Below are positions 1-11,000 of a stretch of 64,000 nt of DNA, one piece after another. Below the pieces are notes generated by a model. That model searched no databases, was not told where the DNA came from, and saw only the letters and a list, made by a program, of their open reading frames with translations. Both the position numbers and the translations under genes were made by a program. This stretch comes from Auanema rhodensis (taxonomy: Eukaryota > Animalia > Nematoda). The stretch spans positions 10,106,001-10,170,000 of the forward strand of contig OZ059895.1 of NCBI GenBank assembly GCA_964057225.1, in the 5' to 3' direction. The first letter of the stretch is position 1; each line of letters begins with the position of its first letter.

Positions 1-1669
1 GTAACAAATGTTTTCAATTTTCAAGCATTTTTACTTAGATAGCTCAACCAAAGGAGAGCAAATTATCTTCATTCTTATTTCTATATTACAGTTATAAACC
101 AGTAGTTATTGAACCTTCATCTTAACTTTACTGTTTCTATCTATTTCCTATCGAAACAAACATTGTTTAAACACTATGCAACTTTGAAACCCTTTTTAAT
201 TTATTGTTTTTGGAGCTCATAAGATTTGATATCATCGAGGGATCCTGATGGAACGTGGAAAATTACATAACTAACATCAAATTGGAAAAAAAACTGAAAC
301 GAGGATAAGTATGTTAACCATTGAATATCAGATATTTTCGCTTACGACCATACCACGTTAAAAGTACGCCATACAGCTGATTTTTAATTTTATCTCTTCC
401 GTAACAAATGTTTTCAATTTTCAAGCATTTTAACTTAGATAGCTCAACCAAACGAGAGCAAATTATCTTCAATCTTATTTCTATATTGCAGTTATGAACC
501 AGTAGGTAATGAACCTTCGTCTTGACTTCACTGTTTTTATCTTTTTCCTATCGAAACTAACATTGTTTAAACACTATGCAACTGTGAAACCTTTTTTAAT
601 TTATTGTATTTGGAGCTCATAAGATTTGATATCATCGAGGGATCCTGATGGAACGTGGAAAATTACATAACTAACATAAAATTTGAAAAAAAACTATAAC
701 GAGGATAAGTAGGTAAACCATTGAATATCAGATATTTTCGCTTACGACCATACCACGTTGAAAGTACGCCATCCCGTCCGATCTGGCAAGTCAAGCAACG
801 TTGGGCCCGGTTAGTACTTGGATCGGAGACGGCTTGGGAATCCCGGGTGCCGTAAGCTTTTCAAATTTTTTTAACGATCATAACACGTTGAAAGTACGCC
901 ATACAGCTGATTTTCAATTTTATCTCTTCTGTAACAAATTTTTTCAATTTTTAAGCAGTTTTACTTGGATAGCTCAACCGAAGCAGAGCAAAATATCTAC
1001 AATCTTATTTCTATATTACAGTTATAAACCAGTAGTTATTGAACCTTCATCTTAACTTTACTGTTTCTATCTATTTCCTATCGAAACAAACATTGTTTAA
1101 ACACTATGCAACTTTGAAACCCTTTTTAATTTATTGTTTTTGGAGCTCATAAGATTTGATATCATCGAGGGATCCTGATGGAACGTGGAAAATTACATAA
1201 CTAACATCAAATTGGAAAAAAAACTGAAACGAGGATAAGTATGTTAACCATTGAATATCAGATATTTTCGCTTACGACCATACCACGTTAAAAGTACGCC
1301 ATACAGCTGATTTTTAATGTTATCTCTTCCGTAACAAATGTTTTCAATTTTCAAGCATTTTAACTTAGATAGCTCAACCAAACGAGAGCAAATTATCTTC
1401 AATCTTATTTCTATATTGCAGTTATGAACCAGTAGGTAATGAACCTTCGTCTTGACTTCACTGTTTTTATCTTTTTCCTATCGAAACTAACATTGTTTAA
1501 ACACTATGCAACTGTGAAACCTTTTTTAATTTATTGTATTTGGAGCTCATAAGATTTGATATCATCGAGGGATCCTGATGGAACGTGGAAAATTACATAA
1601 CTAACATAAAATTTGAAAAAAAACTATAACGAGGATAAGTAGGTAAACCATTGAATATCAGATATTTTC
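1..1669 (+). repeat. 5S rDNA / 5S-derived satellite array, left part (400-bp and 530-bp units)
   Basis: The 5S 5'-end GCTTACGACCATACCACG recurs at 340, 740, 1270 and 1670 (spacings 400, 530, 400), and the spacers are near-identical. Confidence 0.95.
740..858 (+). rRNA. 5S rRNA gene, full length
   Basis: 119 nt, GCTTACGACCATACC...GGTGCCGTAAGCT, closely resembling C. elegans 5S. The ends pair (GCTTACG/CGTAAGC) and T-runs follow as a Pol III terminator. Confidence 0.97.
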
Positions 1670-1737
1670 GCTTACGACCATACCACGTTGAAAGTACGCC
1701 ATCCCGTCCGATCTGGCAAGTCAAGCAACGTTGGGCC
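1670..1737 (+). pseudogene. 5S rRNA gene, 5' half (nt 1-68), interrupted by the LTR element
   Basis: Identical to 740-807, then switches to LTR sequence TGTCG at 1738. Confidence 0.95.
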
Positions 1738-2067
1738 TGTCGTTTGACAACTGGACTATTACCTCCAAGTATCAGTCCAAGTATGGAGTCGGTTCGTATG
1801 AGTGCGGTATTATGCGTTAAGACAAGTTAAATGAAGAAAGGTTTATTCAACAAAATGCAACAATAGTAAATTGAACAAGTGGATTGATTTAAGAATTTCC
1901 AAGAAATTCCTAAAATCAAAACAAAATTGGTGAGACATAAAAATTTTAACCATTTGGTTCTCCCTTTTATAGGGAGGCACCAGATGGTTAAAGGGGGTGG
2001 AGTTAATACAAAAAATACAACAAAACGTTAACACAATAAAGTTCGTATTTTCACGTTGACCGTGACA
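1738..2067 (-). repeat. 3' LTR (330 bp)
   Basis: No difference from 11616-11945 seen by eye. AATAAA on the minus strand at 1842-1847. Preceded on the minus strand by GCCGGGAA, a short PPT-like tract. Confidence 0.96.
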
Positions 2068-2076
2068 TTCCCGGCA

Positions 2077-2538
2077 TTATGTATGTCTTTTACGTTTGAC
2101 GTCACCACAGACCACCCCATGGTGAGTATCGGCCTTGCACTTATAGCAGGACACTTCGCACATTGCTGAATGTTTTGGGTTCAAACATTTTATGCATAGT
2201 CCCAATTCGTGTAAGCGTATGGTACGCTCTGGGGACGAGGGGTAAATCGGACAAGCAGCTGTACGATGGCCATCAGCTGTAGGCTTGTTGCAGAATATGC
2301 AGGAGGCTTTAGGAGCCGTCTGAACAGCTAAATTATCGAGCTTTAGATTCAGTGTGTTGTTGATGTTATCCAGGCGCGCGGAAATGTGGTTGACAGCGCT
2401 GGCGAGGTTATCATAAAACCTTTTCTCTAGAACCATTAGCTGCCTTAGGTTGGCAGTGGTGTTGGGTAGATGAGAATAATTTTTGAGATCTTCCTCAAAG
2501 GAAGTGTTCTCACTTAAATTGGACGTTATTTCATCCAT
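2077..2538 (-). CDS. Accessory protein, 153 aa: coiled-coil + three Cys/His knuckles + basic tail (CERV/Rev-like candidate)
   Basis: ATG lies 5 nt after the acceptor TTTTTCTCAATTCAG (AG at 2545-2544). Motifs CIFC-x7-H-x4-C, CIKC-x4-H-x3-C, CYKC-x4-HH-x3-C and a KRKRH tail. The stop lies 9 nt from the 3' LTR. Function is inferred. Confidence 0.8.
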   Translation of the reverse strand: MDEITSNLSENTSFEEDLKNYSHLPNTTANLRQLMVLEKRFYDNLASAVNHISARLDNINNTLNLKLDNLAVQTAPKASCIFCNKPTADGHRTAACPIYPSSPERTIRLHELGLCIKCLNPKHSAMCEVSCYKCKADTHHGVVCGDVKRKRHT

Positions 2539-2658
2539 TAGCACTGAATTGAGAAAAACAATGGTTTCCCTCTTTATATATTTGTTCGCATCTGTGGGTT
2601 GACCTATGATAAACGTCCCTTAGTTTATTGTAGAATAGTATGTGTTTACGGATACAAT

Positions 2659-2668
2659 GTATAAAAAG
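2659..2668 (+). promoter_or_regulatory. Candidate TATA box for the antisense gene
   Basis: GTATAAAAAG, ~320 bp upstream of the first ATG, followed by a very T-rich outron-like tract. Confidence 0.4.
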
Positions 2669-2984
2669 CCTGTACAAAGGATTACTTTTTATGTATATTA
2701 TTCGGATAAATAAACTTGATGTTATCAAAGATTGAAGATCTTGATAAAAAGATTTGTTTGTTTATAACTGTTGCATTTGTTTCTATATGTAGTGATTTTC
2801 TTTTGTTTATATTATTTTATGACCTATTTTTGCTTTGTTTATATTTTTTACTATTGTACTACGTGTGATTAGTAATTTAATTTTTATTGTATTCGTGAAG
2901 TTTTTGTACTTCCCTCTTGACTTTATTTTTATTTTTTATTTTTTATTTTTTTTTTTTTTATTTTTATAGTTGTAATTGTTGCAG

Positions 2985-3412
2985 ATGTCACAATTACAGT
3001 ATCAGGTTGAAGAGGAGATTGGAGAAGACGAGCTCGGTCCATATGAACTATGCGAACGATGCAAGGCGCAAGATACTCATCGCATACGGGAGGGCCCGGT
3101 AAGCTTATTATTTTTTTTTTTAATTTAATTTAATTTATTTATTTATTTGTTTATTTTATTTTATCTCAGTATTGTTGCAGATGACAGACGATGAGCTTTA
3201 TCCGGAGGATGGAGTCGAGCCAACTCGGGAGCAGCTCATCTACATGTTCTCGAGGATGCCGTTGCCTCCCAACTGCAGATTCTGCAGGGCAAAGAACCCC
3301 CGCCACCACGAACGTGAGGAGGTAAGCTTATATATTTTAACTGTGAATGTAAGTATTGTTGTAGATGTCAGACGATGATGGTGAGGGGTATCCAGATATT
3401 TCACGTATATAG
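2985..3412 (+). CDS. Antisense three-exon gene inside the LTR element, 100 aa (exons 2985-3098, 3181-3321, 3365-3412)
   Basis: GC-richer exons amid T-rich DNA. Donors G|GTAAGC at 3099 and 3322, acceptors TTGCAG/TTGCAG/TTGTAG, and both introns (82 and 43 nt) are phase 0. The spliced frame is open to TAG at 3410-3412, with AATAAA at 3478. Confidence 0.8.
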
Positions 3413-3477
3413 TGTTTTTGTTTTGTTTTTGTTTTTTTTTTTTTTTTTTTGTTTTTAAACTGTTCTTATAGCTAATT

Positions 3478-3483
3478 AATAAA
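3478..3483 (+). terminator. Polyadenylation signal of the antisense gene
   Basis: AATAAA 65 nt after the stop, followed by a long T tract. Confidence 0.55.
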
Positions 3484-3534
3484 GTTTTTTTTTTTTTTTT
3501 TTTTTTTTTTTATTACTACAGTAAGATTAGTGTT

Positions 3535-5055
3535 TTAATTTTTATTTGTGCTAGACTCAGCTCTGTGTCTAGGATTCCTGAGCATTTTTCTCAGTAATGA
3601 TGTAATGATCATTACAATTTTTATCATCTGAACGATTAATTTTTGTATGATTATGATGATTACAATTATTGCTTGTACTCCTATTATATAAGATAATACT
3701 GGTATAAAAACAGTTATCAGGAGGAAGCATAATGATAATGCCCAATTTGTTTTAATTACATCCAAAATGTTTCTCCAGGTGTTAGCATTTGTCACAATGT
3801 TGATGATTGTTTTTTCAACATCTGGGATTTTACTATCCCATTGTAATGTTCCTTGTATGATCACGCGGTGTTTTTCATTAGCACATGTTACGAAGCATTC
3901 TTCATAGATTTCAGAATGTTCTGAGTAATATTCCACAGCAGTAAGTGGCATGTGTGGGGCGCATTCAATCATGTATATGTTCTCACTACATTGCATTGTG
4001 ATCCAAGAATCCTTTTGTGATATACACATAAACTCGGCAACAGCCGTTCTTCTACAGCTGTGACACCCGGAAAGTTTTTTAAATTCCGGTCGACAAGGAA
4101 AGTCGTACAGGAAGGTACGAGACGACACATTCCCTTGTAGTTGAAGAACAACAGTTGATTCATCAGTTTGAGGAATAAGTGTTAATTTGTTTTCTTTCAT
4201 GGTAATTAGGGTGTTCTTGGTGTTCATTGGTAATAAGTTTGCCTGATTGAAAATATTATCAGATGGACAGGTACATGTTAGCTCTTCCCTTTTTGATATT
4301 TTACAGTTACATAACTTCAGTATTTTACAAGAGTTAAATTCATTTGTAGTTTGATCTTTGGTTTTGCATGCTACTTCACTCATAGTATGAGGTTCCATGT
4401 AATAACTGTTTATGGTTGATAATGCATATTTGGTGTTTAAATATCGGGTTGGTGGTACAATATGGGAGATTGAGCTTATATTAAAGTTTGGAAAATTAAC
4501 AGTGTCGTATGGTTTTAAAAGAATATTAATATTGGCTTTGTGTTTAAATAGATCATACTTTACCTCTAATGGTATATTCATTTCCCAAGAATCACATTCT
4601 ACTATTTCATAAACTATTTCATTGATTGGTTTAAATTCAGTTTGATAGAATGAGCAACCGTCTTCTAGAGACCAACATCCGCAGAAAAGAGAGCCACATC
4701 GCCTAGCACAACCAACTTGTGTTGGTCCTTCTTCTTTATCAAATTCTTGTAATTGTCCAATAGGATTTATAGCTTCACAAGTGTGATTACAAGATCCTGT
4801 TCCATAACAGGAATATCGAGTTTTGTATTGAATTGTGCTTTCTCGAGTATAATATAGCGTACTTTTCTGGCAAATGTATTCTGTTGGTTTTTTCGTTATT
4901 TCTATTTTACCGATAGATTTATTTTGGTAAATGAATTCTAAGCAAGCGTCTCTTATGCCTTTATTGAAATTGATTTCATTATCGTATTCTTGATAACAAT
5001 TTGTCCGATTAATGCAAATTATATTTATTGAATGCTTAATATGTGAGTTTGAACA
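3535..5055 (-). other. Env domain: phlebovirus Gc (G2)-like class II fusion glycoprotein
   Basis: Internal signal LSIALMVLLITVES/C, Cys-rich ectodomain with CYGTGSC and a fusion-loop-like CARRCGSLFCGCWSLEDGCSFY, and a C-terminal hydrophobic anchor. This env type is known from nematode BEL/Pao elements such as Cer7 and Atlas. Confidence 0.88.
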
Positions 5056-8000
5056 AGATTCCACTGTTATTAATAATACCATGAGTGCTATCGATAATTG
5101 TAATGAAGTGAATGATGATGTTCTCATGTAATTTGGAATTTTAATAGTTTCTGGAATATCATTTTTCCATTTTGGAGTTACATTGTCAATTTTCGTGGCT
5201 ACTGTGTTTTCCTTTTGTACGGCTACATCGTCTGAACTTGTTAATATTTTTGAATTAGGTTTTCCACTTCTAACTTCGGTTTGTATCGTTTGCCAATTAT
5301 CATTTAAAAATTTATACCAATATTGGTCATTTTTATGAGCTTTCAATACTCTTTTACAAATTGCTAATATAGTAAATAATAGTATAATTGGTATGAAAAA
5401 TGTTATCAAAGTCGTTAATGGATTACATTGTGGGAAATATAATGCTTCCGCTGTAAGCAATTCAGAGGATTGGCATGTAGCCTCAATCGTTGGAATTATT
5501 CCAAGAAGAGCTACTTTTGGAACATTTGTTTTTATTTTATTTTTCTTAAAATAACTTCTTACCGCTGCTTGACTACCCTGTGTTTTTGTTCTGAACCATC
5601 TATTTAGATTTGAAGGTTTGGATTCATTTTCGGTTTGAAGAGTTATCTCATTTGTTTGATCTTCCTCTTGTTCTAAGTTCGTATTATTAGCATCATTTTC
5701 GTCTCCTGCGTCGTTGATGATATTCATGTTGGGTGTATAGATTTCGAGTGGTATTACATTGTTACTTTGTTCACTTTCTTGAGTATTTTCAATAATTTCA
5801 ATATTTTCCACCCGATTTCCTTTTTGTGTTACCGTCCCGGTGATTAAAAATGGATTCACTTGGTATTTTTTATTGTATCTCATTGAGTGAGGTTCTGACG
5901 CAAACGGTGCTGCTTCTGCGTTTCTCACTTCTAGTGGATATATGTGATTTAATGAACGAGTTGTTATTAGACCAGTGCCAGTTATTAGTTTTGCAGATCT
6001 AACTTCCCCATCTGCACTTTTTATTAGTTCTATTATGCGTCCTAATTTCCATTTACCTCTACTTGAATCCTCATTTTGTATTATAATAACTTCGCCTTCT
6101 TGTGGTTTCTTAGCGTTCGTTGCAGGTTGTTTTCTGTTGTGTTTGTAAATATCTCTAAGATACAGTAAATACTCTGAATAGAATTTTTTCCAGAATAATT
6201 GAGTTACATCGTTAGATAACTCTATTGCTTCAATGGCTTGCTCTATAGTTTGTATTGTCCTGCTATTGATAGTTTTATCATAAATTCGGGTATTCGATAC
6301 GTTTGAAGAAAGTGTAAACCTGATGGAACGGTTTAAAAAATCACAAGGTCTGATAGGCAAAATGTTCAGGTTGGATGGGTTCGGATGTGTAAGCGGGCGA
6401 GTATTCAAAATTGTTTCGATTTTTACAATTACTGTATGTATATCATCAATTGACATTAATCTATTTCCAATTGTTTTGTATAGTGCTAACTTTGTTAGTC
6501 CTACTAGTCTTTCCCATGTTCCACCTTTCCATGGAGCCTGTGGTGTGTTGAAGTACCATTTAATATTCTTTTCGGCAAGATAATTGGTTAATGTTTTTTC
6601 ATTTTTAGATTCATGGTTTTCTGTGTAAAATTCTATTACTTTAGCACTTAATAAGAAATTTCCTCCATTATCGCTTCGTATTATTTCTGGAATACCTCTT
6701 CTTCCAATGAACCTTTCGAAAGCGTTTAAGAATGCCTTTGTTGATTGGTCAAAAACTATTTCTAAGTGTATAGCTCTTATAGCTAAACAAGTAAAGAGAC
6801 ATATAAATATCTTTTTACCATCCTTTATGGTTATTGGACCTAATAAGTCACAACCTGTACTCATGAATGGTTTTGTTAGAATTACTCTATCCTTAGGCAA
6901 TGCTGGCATTAAGGACGTTCCAAACGGCAAAGCGTTGTATCTATTGCAGATTGTGCATGTTTTGAGAACTGATCTGACTATGCTTGATGGTTTATTTAAA
7001 AAGTATTTTTGACGCAAGAGTGTTAGAACAAAATCTCTTCCTTGGTGCATGCATTCTCTGTGTAAATGCATAATTATGTGTTCTGTGTACGGAGAATCCC
7101 TTGGAAGATATATGGGATTTTGAGTTTCAAACGGTAATTCCGAGTTGTTCAATCTACTACGAACTCTGATTATTTCTTCATCGAGAAAAAATACAAAACC
7201 TTCATGTTTTTTCGTGAGGAGATCTATTGTTACATGCTGTTGTGCTTTACTTATTAGTAGTTTGGTTATAATCTCAATATCATTAGCTGTAGTTTGCCAG
7301 TTTTCATCTAATTGCATTACTTTATTTAACCTTGTTATAGCTGTGGGATGTACTTTTATGATCCAATGTCTCAAGAATTTACTTACTTTAACTATAGTTT
7401 TCAGTAAGGTATAGTTGTTGCTACGTAATTTGAATATATCTTCAACTGGTATTTGTGTTATTTGTTGTTGTTCAACGGTATCGATCAAGGTTGTTATATT
7501 CCAAATAGGCTCATATTCAATTTCTTCAATGTGTGACTTTGTTTGGGTTAACCATTGTGGTCCTTTAATCCACATAGAATCACTTAGTTCTTGGAGACAA
7601 GCTCCTCGAGAACCAATATCGGCTGGGTTATAATCACCATTCACATGAAAAAGTTTGATTTTAATGTTATTTTCCTTCAATTTATCTATATACTTCCTTA
7701 CATTGTCGACGCGACAGCCTACATATGGTGGTAAAGTTTTCTGATGGTTAGCTATCCAATGTAAGGCTACCTTACTGTCACTGGCTACGTGTACAGTTTT
7801 AAGGTGATTGGTTGTAGATGTGATATTATCAGCTAACATAATACCTAATAGTATGGCAATGAGTTCTAGTCTTGGGATAGTTAGATTTCCCTTTTTTGCA
7901 ATTTTCGACTTTCCGCTTACAAGTTGGCTTATTTTACCATTGGTTTCAATGTATGTGCAGGCAGCAATGGCTAGTTTACTAGCATCAGTAAATACCCATA

Positions 8001-11000
8001 ATATAGAGTCATTCAGGTTTAACTTTCTTTCAAGTCTCAATTCCTTTTCATTTAATAATTCATTTATGACTAAATTCCATTTATGTGTTATTTCTTGGGG
8101 TAATTCAACATCCCAACCCTTGAATTGATCACTTGATTCTCTTAATAATAATTTTAATGGTAAAATCAATGGGCTTGCCATGCCTAATGGATCAAATATT
8201 GAATGTATTTGACTTAACATGTTCCTGTGCGTATTGATTTCAAATTTCTTTAATTTGAGTATAAGAACGAATAAATCTAATTTTGTATCATAATTTAAAC
8301 CCAAAATTTTGGTAGTATTATGTGGGTATTTGTCTTCATTGTTCATATCTTCAGTAACTTTTGGATTGTTGCTCATAAATTCTCTTAAATTCATAGAAAT
8401 GCCTTGTAAGATTTTCTTGGCTTTTTCGCATTTTATCTTAGCTTCTTCAACACTGTTTGCATATAAAATTATATTGTCAACATATAAAGAATCGAGCAAG
8501 TGACTAGCGTAAGGGTCGGTATGATTATTGAGGTACCAAGCTAAGCTCATGCTTAATATACCCGGGGACGCTGTTATACCAAATGGTAGCCGTTTGAATT
8601 GGTATGTCATGACGTTATATTTATTTACCGATTCATTTTCGTTTCTGATCCAGAAAAATTTACAATATTTTCTGTGCTCTTCTTTAATACTTATTTGTAA
8701 AAATGCTGACTCAATGTCGCAGGTTATTATTATTGGACTTTTTCTACATTTTATTAATATATCATGAATTTTGTGAATAAATGTTTGGCCTGAATGCATA
8801 ACTTGGTTCAACGATGGACTATTTTTTTGTTTTGCTGAAGCATCAAACACGATTCTTAAAGGTCGAGCTTTTTCTTTTCTCCACACTCCATGATGTGGTA
8901 AGAAAAATCCATCTTCGGCTGATTCATCAACAATTGGCTCGATAATTCCCTTTTGAATGTATTCATTTATTAATTTTTTATACCATTCTAGTTGTTCTTT
9001 ATTAGAGTGTAGATTTTTCCATAATGTCATGAATCTATGAAAAGCTGGCCATTTATTATTTTTCAATTTATTCAAATAATTTTTAAATGGAAACGGAGCT
9101 TCAATTCTCCCGGCTTTAATGGATAGTTCTTTACTATATTCTTTAAGATAATTCTCTGCTTCTGCATTGTTATCTACTATGGTGCTTATTCCAATAGTAT
9201 CGATAAGGAAAAGTTCTTTCAGTTTTGTTTCTGGAGGTGGTTCATGACTTTGTTCCTCTTCAATGCTACACAGAGTTACAATTTTTTCAAGTTTAGTTTC
9301 TCCATTTATAAGAGTTCCAAATACAGATCCTTTACATAAAAGATCAGAGGGAAGTCTGAATTCTTCATTGTCTTTTACAAACAATTTTAATCTATCTTGT
9401 CCAATTAAAACATCCGGTTCAAAAACTTCCCCATTTGTATCGGTTTTGGCTAATATAATATTGTTTTCTTTAATGAAACTCAAATCCTTTCTTGAAAGAT
9501 AAGGACTATATATGTGGGAACTGATTTTTGGTTTAGTGAGCATTTCAGTTACAATTAAATTTTTCTCTTTAGTATAGAATATTGTGTTAACTATACTTGA
9601 AACATGAGAATGTTTCATTCCTCCAATACCATGAAATGTTTTTTTATGTTTGGATTTAACTGGTAGTTTCATCCTTTTTGCTAGATCTTCTCTGATAAAA
9701 GATCGTTGAGAACAATCATCAAAGATAATGTTAACTTTCTCATAACTATCGCTATTGTAATTGAACAAATTTGCTTTTGCTGTTCGTAAAATTATTTGGC
9801 CTTTTTCTACGTCATGATTACCAACAATTGTGGTTAAACTTGTGGGTTCTTCATGTGCTTTCTTTGGAATAATTGTTTGATTATTTCTGGTCTTTTCTTC
9901 ATCATTATCCCTTTGTAAAGAAATGTTGGTGATGACTCCATTTCTATTCTGATTTCTTTTATTTTGGTAACAAACTGAAATGTTGTGATCATCATGACAG
10001 CTGTTGCATTTAAACTTTGGCCATGTGCAGTTTTTGCTTTGATGATTGTCTGCAAAGCATACATAACATAGCCTTTTTTCTCTTAAAATTTTCCTTTTTT
10101 CCGTTGTTTCAACAGGACACATATGGCTATTGTGTGAATTGTTCGCGCAAAAAACGCAATTCCTTCTTTGTTTCAAATCTTTAACTTCATTCAATCGAAA
10201 TTGTTTTTTAGTTTGATCACCATCTGGATTTTTTCTTTTTTCATTGTTACTGAGATACAGTGTTTCAGTGTTTTCAGTCATCTGTAGTAGTTTTACTTGC
10301 GCCGAAATATGTTCAATGATTTTCTCGTGGGACCATTCAAAATTTTGTTTGATGTGAATATCTTTGATTATTTCAAATGGGAATTTATTGAGTACGGTAG
10401 CAACATAAAGCTCTTTGGTTAATGATCCTCCCGCCGCTTGAATCTGTCGCAGCAGAGCTTTTATCTCTCTTAGCGTTTGAGCACAACTATCGGCTCGTCT
10501 TGAAGCTTTTGGCACCTTATTCAACTTGTTGATCAGCGTTGCTGTATCAACAGCGTATGAGGAATATTCTTCCTTCAAACAATTTTTCATAAACTCATAG
10601 TTTTCTTCGGTACCGGGAATTCCCCTAAGAAGATATTCGGCTTCACCTGATAAGGACTCACATAGGAAGTTCACTTTTTCACTTATAGAGAAAGATTCAT
10701 TGTTATCAATCATTCTCATGAATCTATCCCAGAATAAAGGGAATTTTTCCGGAGTACCGTCAAAGGTTGGAGTTTTTAATACGGGTCTTTGCAGTATTTG
10801 GTTAATCAGTCTTACTTCATTAACATGCTGATCATGCACTACCTGATCGGGTAAACTGTTTTGTTTTTCTTGTACCTCGTTTGTACAATTTTCATATTCT
10901 TTTTCTTCTGTATATTCAACTCTTTCCCGAAGTTGTTGTAATTCAAGTTGTATTTCCATATCTTTGATTTTTTCTTTATTTTTATCAATGAGGTTTTTTA

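Noticed and set aside
125-145. piRNA upstream (Ruby) motif-like CTGTTTC in the satellite
   Set aside because: It reads CTGTTTCT or CTGTTTTT rather than CTGTTTCA and varies between units.
700-730. SL1 RNA gene in the 5S repeat (AGGTAAACCATTGAA resembles the SL1 donor region, and GGTTCATTACCCA occurs in some units)
   Set aside because: No GGTTTAATTACCCAAGTTTGAG exon on either strand and no coherent SL structure with an Sm site. The partial matches are on different strands and only in some variants.
801-1055. Repeated 84-aa ORF MGPVSTWIGDG... (also at 11977, 13272, 14997, 16326)
   Set aside because: It is a translation of the 5S gene and spacer from a non-ATG start and recurs only because the DNA repeats.
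1843-2034. 63-aa ORF in both LTRs
   Set aside because: Non-ATG start, spans the TATA box and polyA signal, and has no coding features.
2607-2747. Three TGATAA (GATA) sites between the accessory genes
   Set aside because: Not distinguishable from chance in DNA this AT-rich without conservation data.
2917-3102. ORF-track calls 2917-3102 and 3172-3378
   Set aside because: The first is the wrong frame through T-rich leader DNA. The second is exon 2 read into introns. Both are replaced by the spliced model.
6323-9502. Multiple + strand ORFs antisense to pol
   Set aside because: Shadow frames of the long ORF, with no splice or compositional support.
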